Of a DNA stretch of 64,000 nt, positions 1 through 10,799 are shown one piece after another; positions within the stretch are counted from its first letter, which is position 1, and each line of letters opens with the position of its first letter. The position numbers were made by a program, and so were the translations under genes. Source of the DNA: a virus (taxonomy: Duplodnaviria; Caudoviricetes); IMG/VR virus record IMGVR_UViG_3300005805_000065, positions 1 through 64,000 of that record. One strand, written 5' to 3'. The notes below the pieces were generated by a model that saw only the letters and a program-made list of their open reading frames with translations, made no database searches and had not been told where the DNA came from.

Positions 1-3000
1 GAAGACTTCCTCGCAATCTAAAACCTCTTGAGGATTTGTATAATAATTTAACAAGTTCAATAGAGAGAAGAGTATCAAATATTCGAGAAACTCAACGTGC
101 AGGCGGGGTGAGTAAAACTGTTAGAGATGCTGCTGAAAAGGCAAAAAGAAATGCTTATAACATTGCAGAAGGAAATCTTCTTAAAACAAAATTTAAAGGT
201 CTCACGCTTTCTGAGAAAGATGCGGCGGGCGGGTTGGTAGAAAAGATAGCAGTCACTGCCACACCTGTGCCAGAGGATATGCAAAAGGCTTTAATGGAGG
301 AGAGGCAGGCGTTTCAGCAATTTAGGCAAATGAGTTCTCGTACTTCTAAAGAAGAAGAAAAGGTTATTAGGCAGCGGCTTAAAGAAGCAAGAAAGAAAGT
401 TGAAGCTCTTAAAAAACTGGGGGTCGCTACTAAGCCTGTGCCAACAACTACTTCTCAAGTAGTTCCAGCAAGTAAGTTGTCTAGAGACATACAAGAACTA
501 AAATCAATGGACAATGCTGCTAATCAAATGCTTGAGGCTCAAAGAACTCCAGGTATGGCATTAAGAGGCTCAACTGATGAACAAATTAATAGAAATGTTA
601 TGGAAAGAGCTAGAAGAACTATTTTGCCCAAAAAGGTAACTGCATCTACATCGAATATTAAAGCTGCATTGGAAATTTCAATATTAGAAAAGGAAAAAGA
701 AATAGCTAAAGCAATTGCTGCCGGCGATAAGAGTCTTTTGAATCTGTTAAAGCAAACACCGGGCTATTCTGATCCTGCCACGATAAAAAGAGCGACTGGT
801 AAAACAAAACAAAGATTAGAGGCTAGCAATAGAATGTTAATCAGAAGATTAGCTGAACAGCGTGCCGATTTGTCAATGTTCGATATAGATTCAGAAAAAT
901 ATGATCCCTCTGCTCAGCAAAGGTTGTTTACTAAATCATCGGCAAAGCAGGTTGCTGAGCGTCGTGTGCAAAGGGAAGTGGATGAAAGGTTAACGTCGGG
1001 GAGATCGTTTAGCACTAAAGAGATTTCAGGAAGAAAAGCGGCGGCTCTTAAGGAGGCTAAGGCTCTAGAGGAGGCTGTTAATAAAGTAGCTGCAGATAAT
1101 ACAGCTCAAGCCAGAACAGCAAGGCAAAAATTGGCTACACAATTTAATAAAACGCGAGCGGCACTGCTTAAAAGATATGGAAGCCTTGATAAAGCTGAAG
1201 AAGCACTTGCTGCAATGGCAGCAAAAGAAGCTGCCAAGTCTGCTGCTATACCAACTGCTGCGTCAGTCGCTGCATCGACTAGAGCACCAGTAGTTACAGC
1301 AGCTGGTGCTGGCGCTGTGCGAACCCCAACGGGTGTCTCAAGAGTGTTCTTCTCAGATGTCGGCAAAGCTGTAACATCAACAGTTAGTGGTGCAGCAAAG
1401 ACGGTTGGTGATGAGATAGCAAGATTGCTTGATGATGTCTTGGTCAAAGCAATCCCTGCTGGGTTTGATCCGGCAAAAGCAAAAGTTATAAGAGCTGTAG
1501 TTGGTGAGGTGTTGGCAAAAACTCCAATCACAGCAGCAAGTGCAGCAACCCCCGCCGCTCAGAAATTTATGGCTACAGTGCTTGGCACAATGGGACCAGA
1601 TATTGCTAGAGTTATTGATACATTAGCTCCGCAAATTACGGAAGCAATTTCTGCTGGTGGAATTTCTGCAAAAGGTGGGATTATACAGAGTGCCAAGGCA
1701 AGAACTGTTTCGGCATTTAATAAACTTAAAGGGGTTGCTACGGCAAAGTTGGTCGGAGATGTGGCAATGCTTAGAACAGGAATTGAGGCAGCGGTCTTTG
1801 ATGCCATTGCCGCTGCTGGCTATGCAGTTGAGAGTACAACAAGTTCAGTAGCAGAAGCCTTACGTTCTGGCACATTTAGTGATGCAATGCTACCAGGCTA
1901 TCTTGATGAATTAACTGAAAAAAGAGGGAGAAGAAGTGCCGCTGCTGTTGAAAGTGGTGCAAGAGGTGGTGCGGCAGCTGCCGAAGGCAAGCCGAGTTTA
2001 ACTAGAGAAGAAAGAAATGTAGCAAGAAGAAAAAAGCGTGCGGTGGAAAGACTGATGAAGGAAAGAGGGATAGACGCTACAGCCGCAACTACATTATATG
2101 ATGAAGCAGTAAAGTCCGGAGATGATGCCGTAAAAGAACTGCTTCCAGACACTCGAAGGAAAGTGAAGGATGCTGCTGAAAAAATTCTCGAGGCTCCTGC
2201 CGAAGCACTTGATGAAGCATCCAAGGCTGCTGGTGAAGCAGTTGCGAAGGCAAAAGAAGAGATTGTGGAATCATTAGATGAGGCAGCTGAGGCAGCTACA
2301 CCATCTGCTCCTGTTTCTAAGCCAACTCCAAAATCACCAGTTGTTCCGGGAGCGCCAGCAACTGGTCCTCCGATTATCGATGTAAGAACAACTCCGATAA
2401 AAGATATTAGATCAGGAATACCGGCTGGTGTAGATAAAATTGGTGGTCGTACAACAAAAGATGCAATCGATAAAATTTCCGCTTTAAGAGCAGAAGCGGC
2501 GAAGATTACAAAAGAACTCACAGCTGTAACGAAAGATGTAACTGGGTTCGAAAAAGCCGTCGCTTCCTCCACAGGAAGACTGCAAGCAGAGAACCAGAAG
2601 GCTTTGGATAAAGCTAAAAGTGCATTTAAGAAAAAGACAGCAAGATTAATTAAAGTAAATAAAGAACTTGATACAATACAAAAAAGTATTGATAGCGCAC
2701 TAAAGAAGGCAGCTACACCCGCAACTGCAGCAACAACAACTGCAGCAACAACAGGTGCAGCAACAACAGGTGCAGCAGCAACAGGTGCAGCAGCAACAGG
2801 TGCAGCAGCAAGCGCAGCGCCAGCAGGTGCTAGAGGACCAAGAGTGCCTGGTGTCTCAGTCCCAACAGCCACTCCAGCCGCCGCCGTAGCAACTTCTGCA
2901 ATTGTTGAAAAACTTGATGATGTGATTGTGGAGTTTGACAGATCGCTTGCAAACTTCTTTAAGGGACCAAATTTCTTCCAAGGACCAAATTATTTTGCCG

Positions 3001-6000
3001 GTCCGTTGACGGTAATGCCAAATGCTAAATTTAAAGATTATAAGAAGAGTATAAAGGATGCAACACCCTCAGAAAAAGATGCAAGATTAAGAACGCTGGT
3101 TGAAAGAACGAGGGCTAGAAGAGCAAGAGATGCCGCCGCTGCCCCCAGTGCAGCATCTGTGGCAGCGCCTGCAGCTGCGGCAACAGGAGCTGTTGCCGCC
3201 GCAAAAGCTGGGATTATGTCAAAAATTGGAGCATCTCTTGGATCTGCATTAAGCAAGAGCGCTGGTGTTGGTCTTAAAGCTGTGCAGGCTGGTTTTGGCA
3301 TAATTGGAAAATCAAGTGCTGAATTCTTTAAGATGAGCATTGCATTTATTGACATGTATGCAAATGCTCTGGGGGGAGCAACTGCAAGTTCTAAGCTTGC
3401 AGCCGGTGCGACAAAAACATTGGCTGTTGCAAAAGCTGGATTAAATTCTGTTTCTAGATTTACTACATTAGCTCTAAATAAAGCAGCCGCAGCCACAATG
3501 GCATTTGGCAGAGCTGTTGGCACAACAACTAGGGCAGAGTTGATGACATTTTATGCCTCGCTTACAAAAAGCAGGATATTAAAGATGTGGGGATTCCTAT
3601 TATTCGCAGGAATGAAGCCGATCATAAAAGGTTTTGGCGCATTGGCTTTGGCAGCTGGAAGGTTTATGTTAACATTAAAATTTGGAAATCTTCTGGCTGG
3701 TTTCCAAGCGGTGTATCAGTCGATTCTTAGAACAACACTCAGTGTTGTTGCATTGGGGATTAAATTAAATGCAGCAATGTTAATGATTGCTCCAATATTA
3801 ATATTGGTATTCTCGATTATTTCTAAAGTTAAAAGAGGAATATCCGGCATGTCGCCGGCAATGGACAATTTTAAGGCAGCGTGGTTTGCAATCAAAGATG
3901 CTATATACATGCTGGCAGCGCCGCTAGAGAATATGATTGCAGCGTTTGGTGGTTTAGGGAATCAGGGTAATTCTGTTAAAAGAACCGCTGGTGTTGTTTG
4001 GCTCCTCTCAAGAGGTGTTCGTGCAGTTGCTGAGGCATTTCAGAGATTTGCTATGGGACCAGGAACAAAATATATGCAGAGTGTTGTTGTCCCAATTATT
4101 ACAAGACTTGTAAATAGATTTATTCTACTTGGAAGAGCAATTAGCAATACATTGAGTGGAAATACCGCTAGAGCCTCAAAAGACTTTAAAGGTTTCTTAT
4201 ATTCAATGCTTTATGAATTAATTGCTGTTACTGGAAAATTTGTAAGCATCTTAGCAACAGGTTTAGAAATGTTTGCTCCAACATTAGCTAGAATGATTGA
4301 TGCAATAGTTGCTGCAACAATATCTGCATTTAGAAAAATTTTAATGTTCGTAAGAGAAGTAATGATGCTGATTGGAGCTGTTGTTGGAGGTATAGGTCTA
4401 GTAACAGGTAATTTGCCGATTGCTCTTAAGGGGGCAGCAATAGCCGGTGGTGGCGCGGCTTTCTTGTTCTTAGACAAGCAGCTTGCAAAATTTGAAGAAA
4501 GCGCACGAACAGGTGGTCTTGGCGCTGGTGAATTTATCGCAAATGGTATTGCAAGTGGCGCAAGAGGCGCTGCGAATGGTTTAGATAAACTAAAGAATTT
4601 TGTTGGTAAAAAATATGGACAAGAGATAGGTCGTGGAATAAATGATGCACTTGGTGTTGCATTAAGTAAGGATATGCCTAAAGATGTTAGAAATGCAGTT
4701 CTTAAATCCGCTGATGATGCTAATGCTGGCGGTGAATCTCTTGGTCAACAAATTGCAAAGGGGATTAAAAAAGGTCTGCAAGATCTTAAAGAGGAATTCA
4801 CAGATAAATTCTTTGGCAAGGCTGATTCTGAAGTTGATAAATTTGTTGAAAAGCTAAAAGAAGGTCTCGAGAATCAAAAAGAAAAAGCGCTGGAAGCGTT
4901 TGATAATCAAGTAGAAGCAATTGAAGCTCTTGCTGAGGCTGAAGAAAGACTTACTGCAAAAATTGAATATGAAGAAAAGCGCCGTGAGATGATTCGTGAA
5001 AGAGCGCTGAATAAAGAAAATTATTTGCGTGAAAGAAAAGTTGCTGCCTATGAAGGTAGATCGGAAGACGTTCGTTCTTTGGATCTTTCATTTAGAAAGT
5101 CAAGTCGTGAAGAAGAGAAGAATTTAAATGAGTTAGATTTGGATAGAGCAAGAACCCTGCAGGCTGAGAATAGGCAGAATGCAATAAAAGTTATTAATAA
5201 AGAAAAAGAAAATCTTATCAAAGAATATGAAAAGATGTTTAAAAACTTTGATGAGAAAATTGAGCTCATAAAATCAAGAGGTTTCTCTACAGAAGCCGAG
5301 TTTAGACAGATGTTTACCAATCTCCAGAATGCTGCATCTGGCTTCTCTGACGACATAGCTGGTTCGCTAGAGAAGTCAATGATGAGCCTGCCAGCGGCTA
5401 TAAGACAGCATTCTGACCCATCAATTGGAATGTTTGGCATGACAATGGGTAAATTGGTTGATGAAGCTAAAAAGTCATTTGGTGTCGGTATTAGCTCGGC
5501 AGATACTGTATCAATACTTGGTGCTGCGTATTCATTAGTAAATGGAATGCCGAGTGCATTTAGGGAAGGGTTTAATCAAGGAATTGTTTCAACATACGTT
5601 ACTCCATTTGCAACAAAGGTTAAAGGTGAACTTGCATCAATAGTTCCCTCAGATCTATGGGTGAAGTCTGCGGGTCTGGCGATACAAGAAATGGTAAACG
5701 AAATGAAGCGAAAGCTCGTCAGTCTCAAGGGAACTTTGTATGACGATATGAAGAAGATGTTTGGCGAAATGACCGAAGAAGATTGGAATAGAATATTCAA
5801 CTTCTCCGGGGCGTTTTCTGATCTGGAATCTCTAAAAGATTATTTCAGCAATCTGTTCCCTACGGCAGAAAAACTCAAGAAACAGATAGTAACGATTGAG
5901 ACAACGAGATCAAATGCAGATTCTGGTGGCAGTGGTGAAAAGCCAAAGGCAGGAGCTGGTTTAACTCCAAGCGAAGTGAACGCGCTAAAGCCTGGAAATC

Positions 6001-9000
6001 AAGACATGCTGGTAAGAGTTGGTAAAGGATTAGTGCCTGGTCCAATTGAACCAAAAGAGGATCCAAAGAAAGGCTATTTTAGCAAACTGAAAGACATTAT
6101 AGTTGGAATAGCTGAGTATCTTGGTCCAGTTAAAACAGCAATTCTGGGATTTGTTGGTGTTGTTGCTGGAGCAGCTACGGCTCTGCCAATATGGGTTGCC
6201 ATAAAGGGAGTGCTGGTTGCAGTCGCTGGAACAGTTGGAATTATACCTGTTTTGATTGGAACTGCAGTAGGAGTCCTTATTTATCTATATGCAAGATTTA
6301 AGGCTGTCAGAGATATTGTAAACGGTGTTGCCATAGCAATCTGGGACGGGCTTGTAGCCGCTTTTAATTTTGTTAAAGATTTAGGAATTGGGGCTTTTGA
6401 TGGAATTAAAATTGCATTTGGTAATTTATGGGATGGTTTTAATAATATTGCATTACCACAAATTAAAAACTTATGGGATGGATTTACATCTGGATTTACA
6501 ATTGCACTCGATTTTCTAAAAGATCAATTAGTTAGAAGATGGAATGTTATTGTAGACATTGTTAAGAGCCTGTTTGGTCCGATTAAAGAAATGTGGAAAG
6601 CAAGCCTTGAGGCTGGATGGAGTATAGCAAAAAATATATTTGAAAATATTTGGAATGTTTTGAAAGAACTATTTCTTACATTAAAGGTAATATTTGAGCC
6701 AATTATAAAAATTGTAATTGGTGCATTTGTTATTTTAACAGAAGTTATAACAAGAGTTATGGAAGGATTGAAAGGACCAATTATTGGTATTGGCACTGTT
6801 ATAGCTAAAACATTTACGTTCTTATATCCAATTTTTGCAAATATTGCAAACTTTATAATTGATGTTTTGGGTGGTGCAATTGTTGGTGTATTAAAAATAA
6901 TTAGAGGCGTATTCCAGGGCATATACGCAGTAATAGGTTTTGTTGTAAAAGGTTTGTACACATCAGTAAGTGTTGTTGTCAGTGTAGCTGCAGGAATTGC
7001 TAAAGCGATATTTAATATTTTAAATGCAATTTGGACCAACCCGGTGGTTAAGTGGATTAGAGATTTCTTGTTTAGAGTTCTCATGCTTGGTATTTTTATT
7101 GTTGCAAAATTGCTAGAAACATTTGCTAAGACAATATTTAACTCTTTCAAGACAGTGTTTAATATATTTAAAGCGGTTGCTGGATTCATATATGATAGCT
7201 TGAAGCCTGGACTTGAGTTAATATGGACAGTTATCAAAGCTGTATTCACCCCAGTTGTGGAAGTGTTAAAAGGTGTTTGGCAATTTATAAAATGGATATA
7301 TGATGAGTTTGGAATTCTTGGATTAATTTTGGCTCCATTTGTTGCTGCGTTTGAATTGATAAGAAAAGCCCTTGAGATTGCATGGAATGTTGCCAAGGCG
7401 TTTTTTGAAACATTCATGGTTCTTGGAAGAATTGTATTTTCATTAGTTAAAGATTTGGCTAAAGCAATTTGGGACGGGCTCGGTAAAGTTTGGGATCTGA
7501 TTTCTCCAATAGTGAATAAATTCTGGGATGGTCTAAAGATAGCCGCAGAGTTTGTGTGGGGGGTTATTAAATCTGTTGGGCAGGGTATTTGGGATGCGCT
7601 AGGGTGGGTTTGGGATAAAATTGGTTTAGTTGCTGGCAAGTTCTGGGATGGATTGAAAGCTGTTGCTCAAACCGTTTGGGATTTTCTTAAAACTGTTGGT
7701 CAAGGTATATGGGATGGGCTGGGTTGGATTTGGGACAAGATTGGTGGAGTTGCAAAGGCATTTTGGGAAGGGCTGAAAACTGCCGCACAAACTGTATGGG
7801 ATTTCTTGAAGACAATCGGAGATGGCATTTGGAATGCGATTGGCTGGGTGTGGGGCAGGATTGGTGGAGTAGCAAAAGCATTTTGGGAAGGATTAAAAAT
7901 AATAGCTAAAAATGTATTGGACTTTTTTAAGACTTACAATATTTGGGAGATTCTTGGGAAAGTCTGGGATCTAGTTAAACAAGCCGCGGAGATGTCTTTT
8001 GGATTTATAAAAACTGTTGCTGAAACTGTTTGGGCTTTTCTAAAAACTGTTGGAGAAGGCATCTGGGTGGCGCTGGGTAGTGTTTGGGACATGATAAAAC
8101 CGGCAGTTCAAGGGTTTTGGGACATTATTACCGCTGGTTGGGATATTGTCGGTCCAATCTTTGATGGCATCTGGGGCTGGCTGTGGGAGTGGATAGGTCC
8201 AGCATTTAATATGATTGTTGAGACAGTAAAGTTGTTCATGGATGCCTTCCAGACATTATGGAGCTGGGCTGAACCTGTATTAAGTCAACTTTGGGGTTGG
8301 CTATGGGATGGTATTAAGTGGGCATGGGATCAAATTGCTGAAGTATTAAGTTTCTATTGGGATCTGTTTAAGAGAGTATGGGGCTGGCTTGGACCAATTC
8401 TTAAAGAATTTATGGGCTGGCTGTGGGACAAGATAAAGGTAGCATGGGAAAATCTTGTCACAGCTGTTCAAAAAGTTTGGGACATTATAAAGGGAATGTG
8501 GGAGGTCGTTTCTCCAATCCTGCAAAAGATGGCTGAATTGATAAAGAATGGGATTGGGGCGGCAATTGATGGTGTTAAAGCAGCGTGGAATTTGTTAAAA
8601 GACGCTGTCTCAGGCACTTTTAATTGGTTTAAAGATAAGTTTGGTGCGGTTGGCGAAATGATTAGAGATTCTATTGGTGGCGCTGTTGATTGGGTATCGG
8701 ATAAGTTTAATAATATACCAGAAATATTTAAGAGTGTAATAAATGGAGTGACTGGGGCAATAAATAAAGTTACTGGATTTACATTCACTATGCCACCATG
8801 GCTGAAATATATTGGACTTGGATCAGTCGCTGGTAAGACATATTCATTTAGAGATGTTATACCAGAAATACCAAAATTATATAATGGTGGAAAAGTTGGC
8901 TCTTACATGAAGGGCGGCATGGCTTACGGCTATGGCGGTATGACCAAGGGATTTGCGCAACAAGGGATCCCAGCAGTATTGCACGGCGGTGAGTATGTAA

Positions 9001-9332
9001 TTAATCACAAAGCAGTAAAGAGAATTGGCACTGATACTCTCGATGCGCTAAACAATATGCGCTTGTCAAAGCCAAGATACCCACAAATGCCTTCAATTCC
9101 AAATGTCACCATGCCAAACTTAAGAATTGATAACTCCACAATCGCCCAAGCCCCGGCTGGATCTTCTACTCAAAATGTAAATATCTATGTTGATACGTTT
9201 GTTGGCGAACCAGAGTGGTTCAACTCAATGATGAAGGAATACAATACAAGAGTTCTTCCAAGAAATCAAAAAGCTGCAGGTCTTGAAAATAGAGTTATAA
9301 GAACATATAACGGATTGAATAGAGGTGGATGA
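1..9332 (+). CDS. Tail tape measure protein (5' truncated by window edge)
   Basis: Frame is open from base 3, so the TTG at 36 is probably not the true start. Ala/Lys-rich helical composition, 11/22-residue Trp-periodic repeats (IWDGLGWVWDK type, ~7.4-8.6 kb) and a C-terminal LHGGEYV motif. Directly upstream of tail genes. Confidence 0.9.
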   Translation, partial: RLPRNLKPLEDLYNNLTSSIERRVSNIRETQRAGGVSKTVRDAAEKAKRNAYNIAEGNLLKTKFKGLTLSEKDAAGGLVEKIAVTATPVPEDMQKALMEERQAFQQFRQMSSRTSKEEEKVIRQRLKEARKKVEALKKLGVATKPVPTTTSQVVPASKLSRDIQELKSMDNAANQMLEAQRTPGMALRGSTDEQINRNVMERARRTILPKKVTASTSNIKAALEISILEKEKEIAKAIAAGDKSLLNLLKQTPGYSDPATIKRATGKTKQRLEASNRMLIRRLAEQRADLSMFDIDSEKYDPSAQQRLFTKSSAKQVAERRVQREVDERLTSGRSFSTKEISGRKAAALKEAKALEEAVNKVAADNTAQARTARQKLATQFNKTRAALLKRYGSLDKAEEALAAMAAKEAAKSAAIPTAASVAASTRAPVVTAAGAGAVRTPTGVSRVFFSDVGKAVTSTVSGAAKTVGDEIARLLDDVLVKAIPAGFDPAKAKVIRAVVGEVLAKTPITAASAATPAAQKFMATVLGTMGPDIARVIDTLAPQITEAISAGGISAKGGIIQSAKARTVSAFNKLKGVATAKLVGDVAMLRTGIEAAVFDAIAAAGYAVESTTSSVAEALRSGTFSDAMLPGYLDELTEKRGRRSAAAVESGARGGAAAAEGKPSLTREERNVARRKKRAVERLMKERGIDATAATTLYDEAVKSGDDAVKELLPDTRRKVKDAAEKILEAPAEALDEASKAAGEAVAKAKEEIVESLDEAAEAATPSAPVSKPTPKSPVVPGAPATGPPIIDVRTTPIKDIRSGIPAGVDKIGGRTTKDAIDKISALRAEAAKITKELTAVTKDVTGFEKAVASSTGRLQAENQKALDKAKSAFKKKTARLIKVNKELDTIQKSIDSALKKAATPATAATTTAATTGAATTGAAATGAAATGAAASAAPAGARGPRVPGVSVPTATPAAAVATSAIVEKLDDVIVEFDRSLANFFKGPNFFQGPNYFAGPLTVMPNAKFKDYKKSIKDATPSEKDARLRTLVERTRARRARDAAAAPSAASVAAPAAAATGAVAAAKAGIMSKIGASLGSALSKSAGVGLKAVQAGFGIIGKSSAEFFKMSIAFIDMYANALGGATASSKLAAGATKTLAVAKAGLNSVSRFTTLALNKAAAATMAFGRAVGTTTRAELMTFYASLTKSRILKMWGFLLFAGMKPIIKGFGALALAAGRFMLTLKFGNLLAGFQAVYQSILRTTLSVVALGIKLNAAMLMIAPILILVFSIISKVKRGISGMSPAMDNFKAAWFAIKDAIYMLAAPLENMIAAFGGLGNQGNSVKRTAGVVWLLSRGVRAVAEAFQRFAMGPGTKYMQSVVVPIITRLVNRFILLGRAISNTLSGNTARASKDFKGFLYSMLYELIAVTGKFVSILATGLEMFAPTLARMIDAIVAATISAFRKILMFVREVMMLIGAVVGGIGLVTGNLPIALKGAAIAGGGAAFLFLDKQLAKFEESARTGGLGAGEFIANGIASGARGAANGLDKLKNFVGKKYGQEIGRGINDALGVALSKDMPKDVRNAVLKSADDANAGGESLGQQIAKGIKKGLQDLKEEFTDKFFGKADSEVDKFVEKLKEGLENQKEKALEAFDNQVEAIEALAEAEERLTAKIEYEEKRREMIRERALNKENYLRERKVAAYEGRSEDVRSLDLSFRKSSREEEKNLNELDLDRARTLQAENRQNAIKVINKEKENLIKEYEKMFKNFDEKIELIKSRGFSTEAEFRQMFTNLQNAASGFSDDIAGSLEKSMMSLPAAIRQHSDPSIGMFGMTMGKLVDEAKKSFGVGISSADTVSILGAAYSLVNGMPSAFREGFNQGIVSTYVTPFATKVKGELASIVPSDLWVKSAGLAIQEMVNEMKRKLVSLKGTLYDDMKKMFGEMTEEDWNRIFNFSGAFSDLESLKDYFSNLFPTAEKLKKQIVTIETTRSNADSGGSGEKPKAGAGLTPSEVNALKPGNQDMLVRVGKGLVPGPIEPKEDPKKGYFSKLKDIIVGIAEYLGPVKTAILGFVGVVAGAATALPIWVAIKGVLVAVAGTVGIIPVLIGTAVGVLIYLYARFKAVRDIVNGVAIAIWDGLVAAFNFVKDLGIGAFDGIKIAFGNLWDGFNNIALPQIKNLWDGFTSGFTIALDFLKDQLVRRWNVIVDIVKSLFGPIKEMWKASLEAGWSIAKNIFENIWNVLKELFLTLKVIFEPIIKIVIGAFVILTEVITRVMEGLKGPIIGIGTVIAKTFTFLYPIFANIANFIIDVLGGAIVGVLKIIRGVFQGIYAVIGFVVKGLYTSVSVVVSVAAGIAKAIFNILNAIWTNPVVKWIRDFLFRVLMLGIFIVAKLLETFAKTIFNSFKTVFNIFKAVAGFIYDSLKPGLELIWTVIKAVFTPVVEVLKGVWQFIKWIYDEFGILGLILAPFVAAFELIRKALEIAWNVAKAFFETFMVLGRIVFSLVKDLAKAIWDGLGKVWDLISPIVNKFWDGLKIAAEFVWGVIKSVGQGIWDALGWVWDKIGLVAGKFWDGLKAVAQTVWDFLKTVGQGIWDGLGWIWDKIGGVAKAFWEGLKTAAQTVWDFLKTIGDGIWNAIGWVWGRIGGVAKAFWEGLKIIAKNVLDFFKTYNIWEILGKVWDLVKQAAEMSFGFIKTVAETVWAFLKTVGEGIWVALGSVWDMIKPAVQGFWDIITAGWDIVGPIFDGIWGWLWEWIGPAFNMIVETVKLFMDAFQTLWSWAEPVLSQLWGWLWDGIKWAWDQIAEVLSFYWDLFKRVWGWLGPILKEFMGWLWDKIKVAWENLVTAVQKVWDIIKGMWEVVSPILQKMAELIKNGIGAAIDGVKAAWNLLKDAVSGTFNWFKDKFGAVGEMIRDSIGGAVDWVSDKFNNIPEIFKSVINGVTGAINKVTGFTFTMPPWLKYIGLGSVAGKTYSFRDVIPEIPKLYNGGKVGSYMKGGMAYGYGGMTKGFAQQGIPAVLHGGEYVINHKAVKRIGTDTLDALNNMRLSKPRYPQMPSIPNVTMPNLRIDNSTIAQAPAGSSTQNVNIYVDTFVGEPEWFNSMMKEYNTRVLPRNQKAAGLENRVIRTYNGLNRGG
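2721..2810 (+). repeat. 15-bp coding tandem repeat (GCAGCAACAACAGGT-like; AATTG/AAATG peptide) in the tape measure gene
   Basis: About 5 imperfect copies read directly from the sequence. Confidence 0.85.
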
Positions 9333-9724
9333 TGTCAATACATAAACTTTTGTCTATCAATTCAACAGAAATAACAGAGCATAACAGAAAAATATCTATT
9401 AGTGAACAACTTGCTGCAAACGATATTGATCTTGCGTCGGGGCATCGTCGGAGATACTACTCAAGAAATAAAAAACAATTTTCTTTAAACTGGACATACC
9501 TACCCAGCCTGCAAGCAAAGACTGTTGATGGTCGTGTCGGTAGGGATTTTTTATATTCACTTGCAAATGGCTCAGCTGTCGCAACTGTATTGGTTGAATT
9601 AGCGCCGGGTGAATATGAAACATTTGATTGCTATATAGACTCTTATAGTGAGGATCTGATAAGAAGAGAGTATGCAACTCAATGCTCTTACTATGATGTC
9701 TCACTTACATTAACGGAGAGATAG
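9329..9724 (+). CDS. Putative distal tail / minor tail protein
   Basis: Immediately follows the TMP and overlaps its stop. The FSLNWTYLP...DGRVGRDFL motif is shared with the C-terminus of the next gene. Confidence 0.55.
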   Translation: MMSIHKLLSINSTEITEHNRKISISEQLAANDIDLASGHRRRYYSRNKKQFSLNWTYLPSLQAKTVDGRVGRDFLYSLANGSAVATVLVELAPGEYETFDCYIDSYSEDLIRREYATQCSYYDVSLTLTER

Positions 9725-9725
9725 T

Positions 9726-10799
9726 ATGTCAGAGTTTGGCTTCTATTCATTTTCAGAATCATTCAAGCCAGGTATTGATTTTAATACCCCAGATGAAGCA
9801 TTAACAATAACTGTATTAATTGCCGTTGAATCTAATGTTGTTACTAATATTACAAAGACAGCATTTGCTAATTCATCAATCTCTATAGACAGCAGTGCCT
9901 CCATTGTTGCAAGAAGAATAGTCCATGCTGAGTCGGTAATTGTTGCGGATGGCGCAACGCTAACACTTGGCACTAGAGTCAAGCTGGCTTCTATTGCAAT
10001 AACAATAGACTCCAATGCGACAGTTGATTCCGAGAAGATTGCATTTGCATCAACTGCGATTGCAGCAGACTCCAATCTCTCAGTATCAGCTCAAGAGATC
10101 CTCAATGCATCAGCGGTCATTCAATCAGATTCCAATGTATCTGTTTCAGTAATTAAGACAGCAAAGGCATCTGTGTCAATAGCGCCAACAAGTAATGTAT
10201 CTGTAACAACAATAAGAATAATGAAGATTGTTTCAAGTATTAGTGGAAATGTAAATCTTACAATTGTTGGTAAAATAACTCTGGCAACGGCTAGAATAGC
10301 TATTAATAATTTGGGTAATGTAACAGCAAAAGCTGTTAAGTTTATTCTTGGTAATGTAATATCAGCAAGCGATTTGTCGGATATTAGAACGGTTCTTTTG
10401 ATTGATGATAAGCCTATAACTAATCATAATAGAAAACTTGGGGTTTCGGTTGAGCCAATATTTGTTGAAAATATCAACTGGAATAATAGAAAAGCCAGAT
10501 ACTACAAATCCTCCTCTAGACCGGCTAGAAAAACTTTTAGCTTGTCATGGTCGTATGTGCCAAATTCACAGTCCCATACGGTTGATGGGAAGCGCGGTAG
10601 AGATTATTTAAGAGAAATAGCAGGAAAGCCGCAGCATCATGTTTTAAAAATAATAAATATGGATGAAAATGGGACTACACCATACACTGAAACAAGTTAT
10701 AATGTATTGGTGAAAGATTATAGTGAAACCCTAATTCGACGTGATCTTGTTGATGATATTTACTTTTGGGATTGCTCTATAAGTTTAGAAGAGGTTTAA
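9726..10799 (+). CDS. Minor tail protein with a Ser/Ala/Ile-rich beta-repeat N-terminus and a C-terminal domain paralogous to the previous gene
   Basis: FSLSWSYVP...TVDGKRGRDYL matches the 9329 ORF; lies in the tail module. Confidence 0.55.
   Translation: MSEFGFYSFSESFKPGIDFNTPDEALTITVLIAVESNVVTNITKTAFANSSISIDSSASIVARRIVHAESVIVADGATLTLGTRVKLASIAITIDSNATVDSEKIAFASTAIAADSNLSVSAQEILNASAVIQSDSNVSVSVIKTAKASVSIAPTSNVSVTTIRIMKIVSSISGNVNLTIVGKITLATARIAINNLGNVTAKAVKFILGNVISASDLSDIRTVLLIDDKPITNHNRKLGVSVEPIFVENINWNNRKARYYKSSSRPARKTFSLSWSYVPNSQSHTVDGKRGRDYLREIAGKPQHHVLKIINMDENGTTPYTETSYNVLVKDYSETLIRRDLVDDIYFWDCSISLEEV

Noticed and set aside
1106-8788. Long minus-strand ORFs inside the tape measure gene
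   Set aside because: Antisense shadows of biased codon usage with no SD or recognisable motifs
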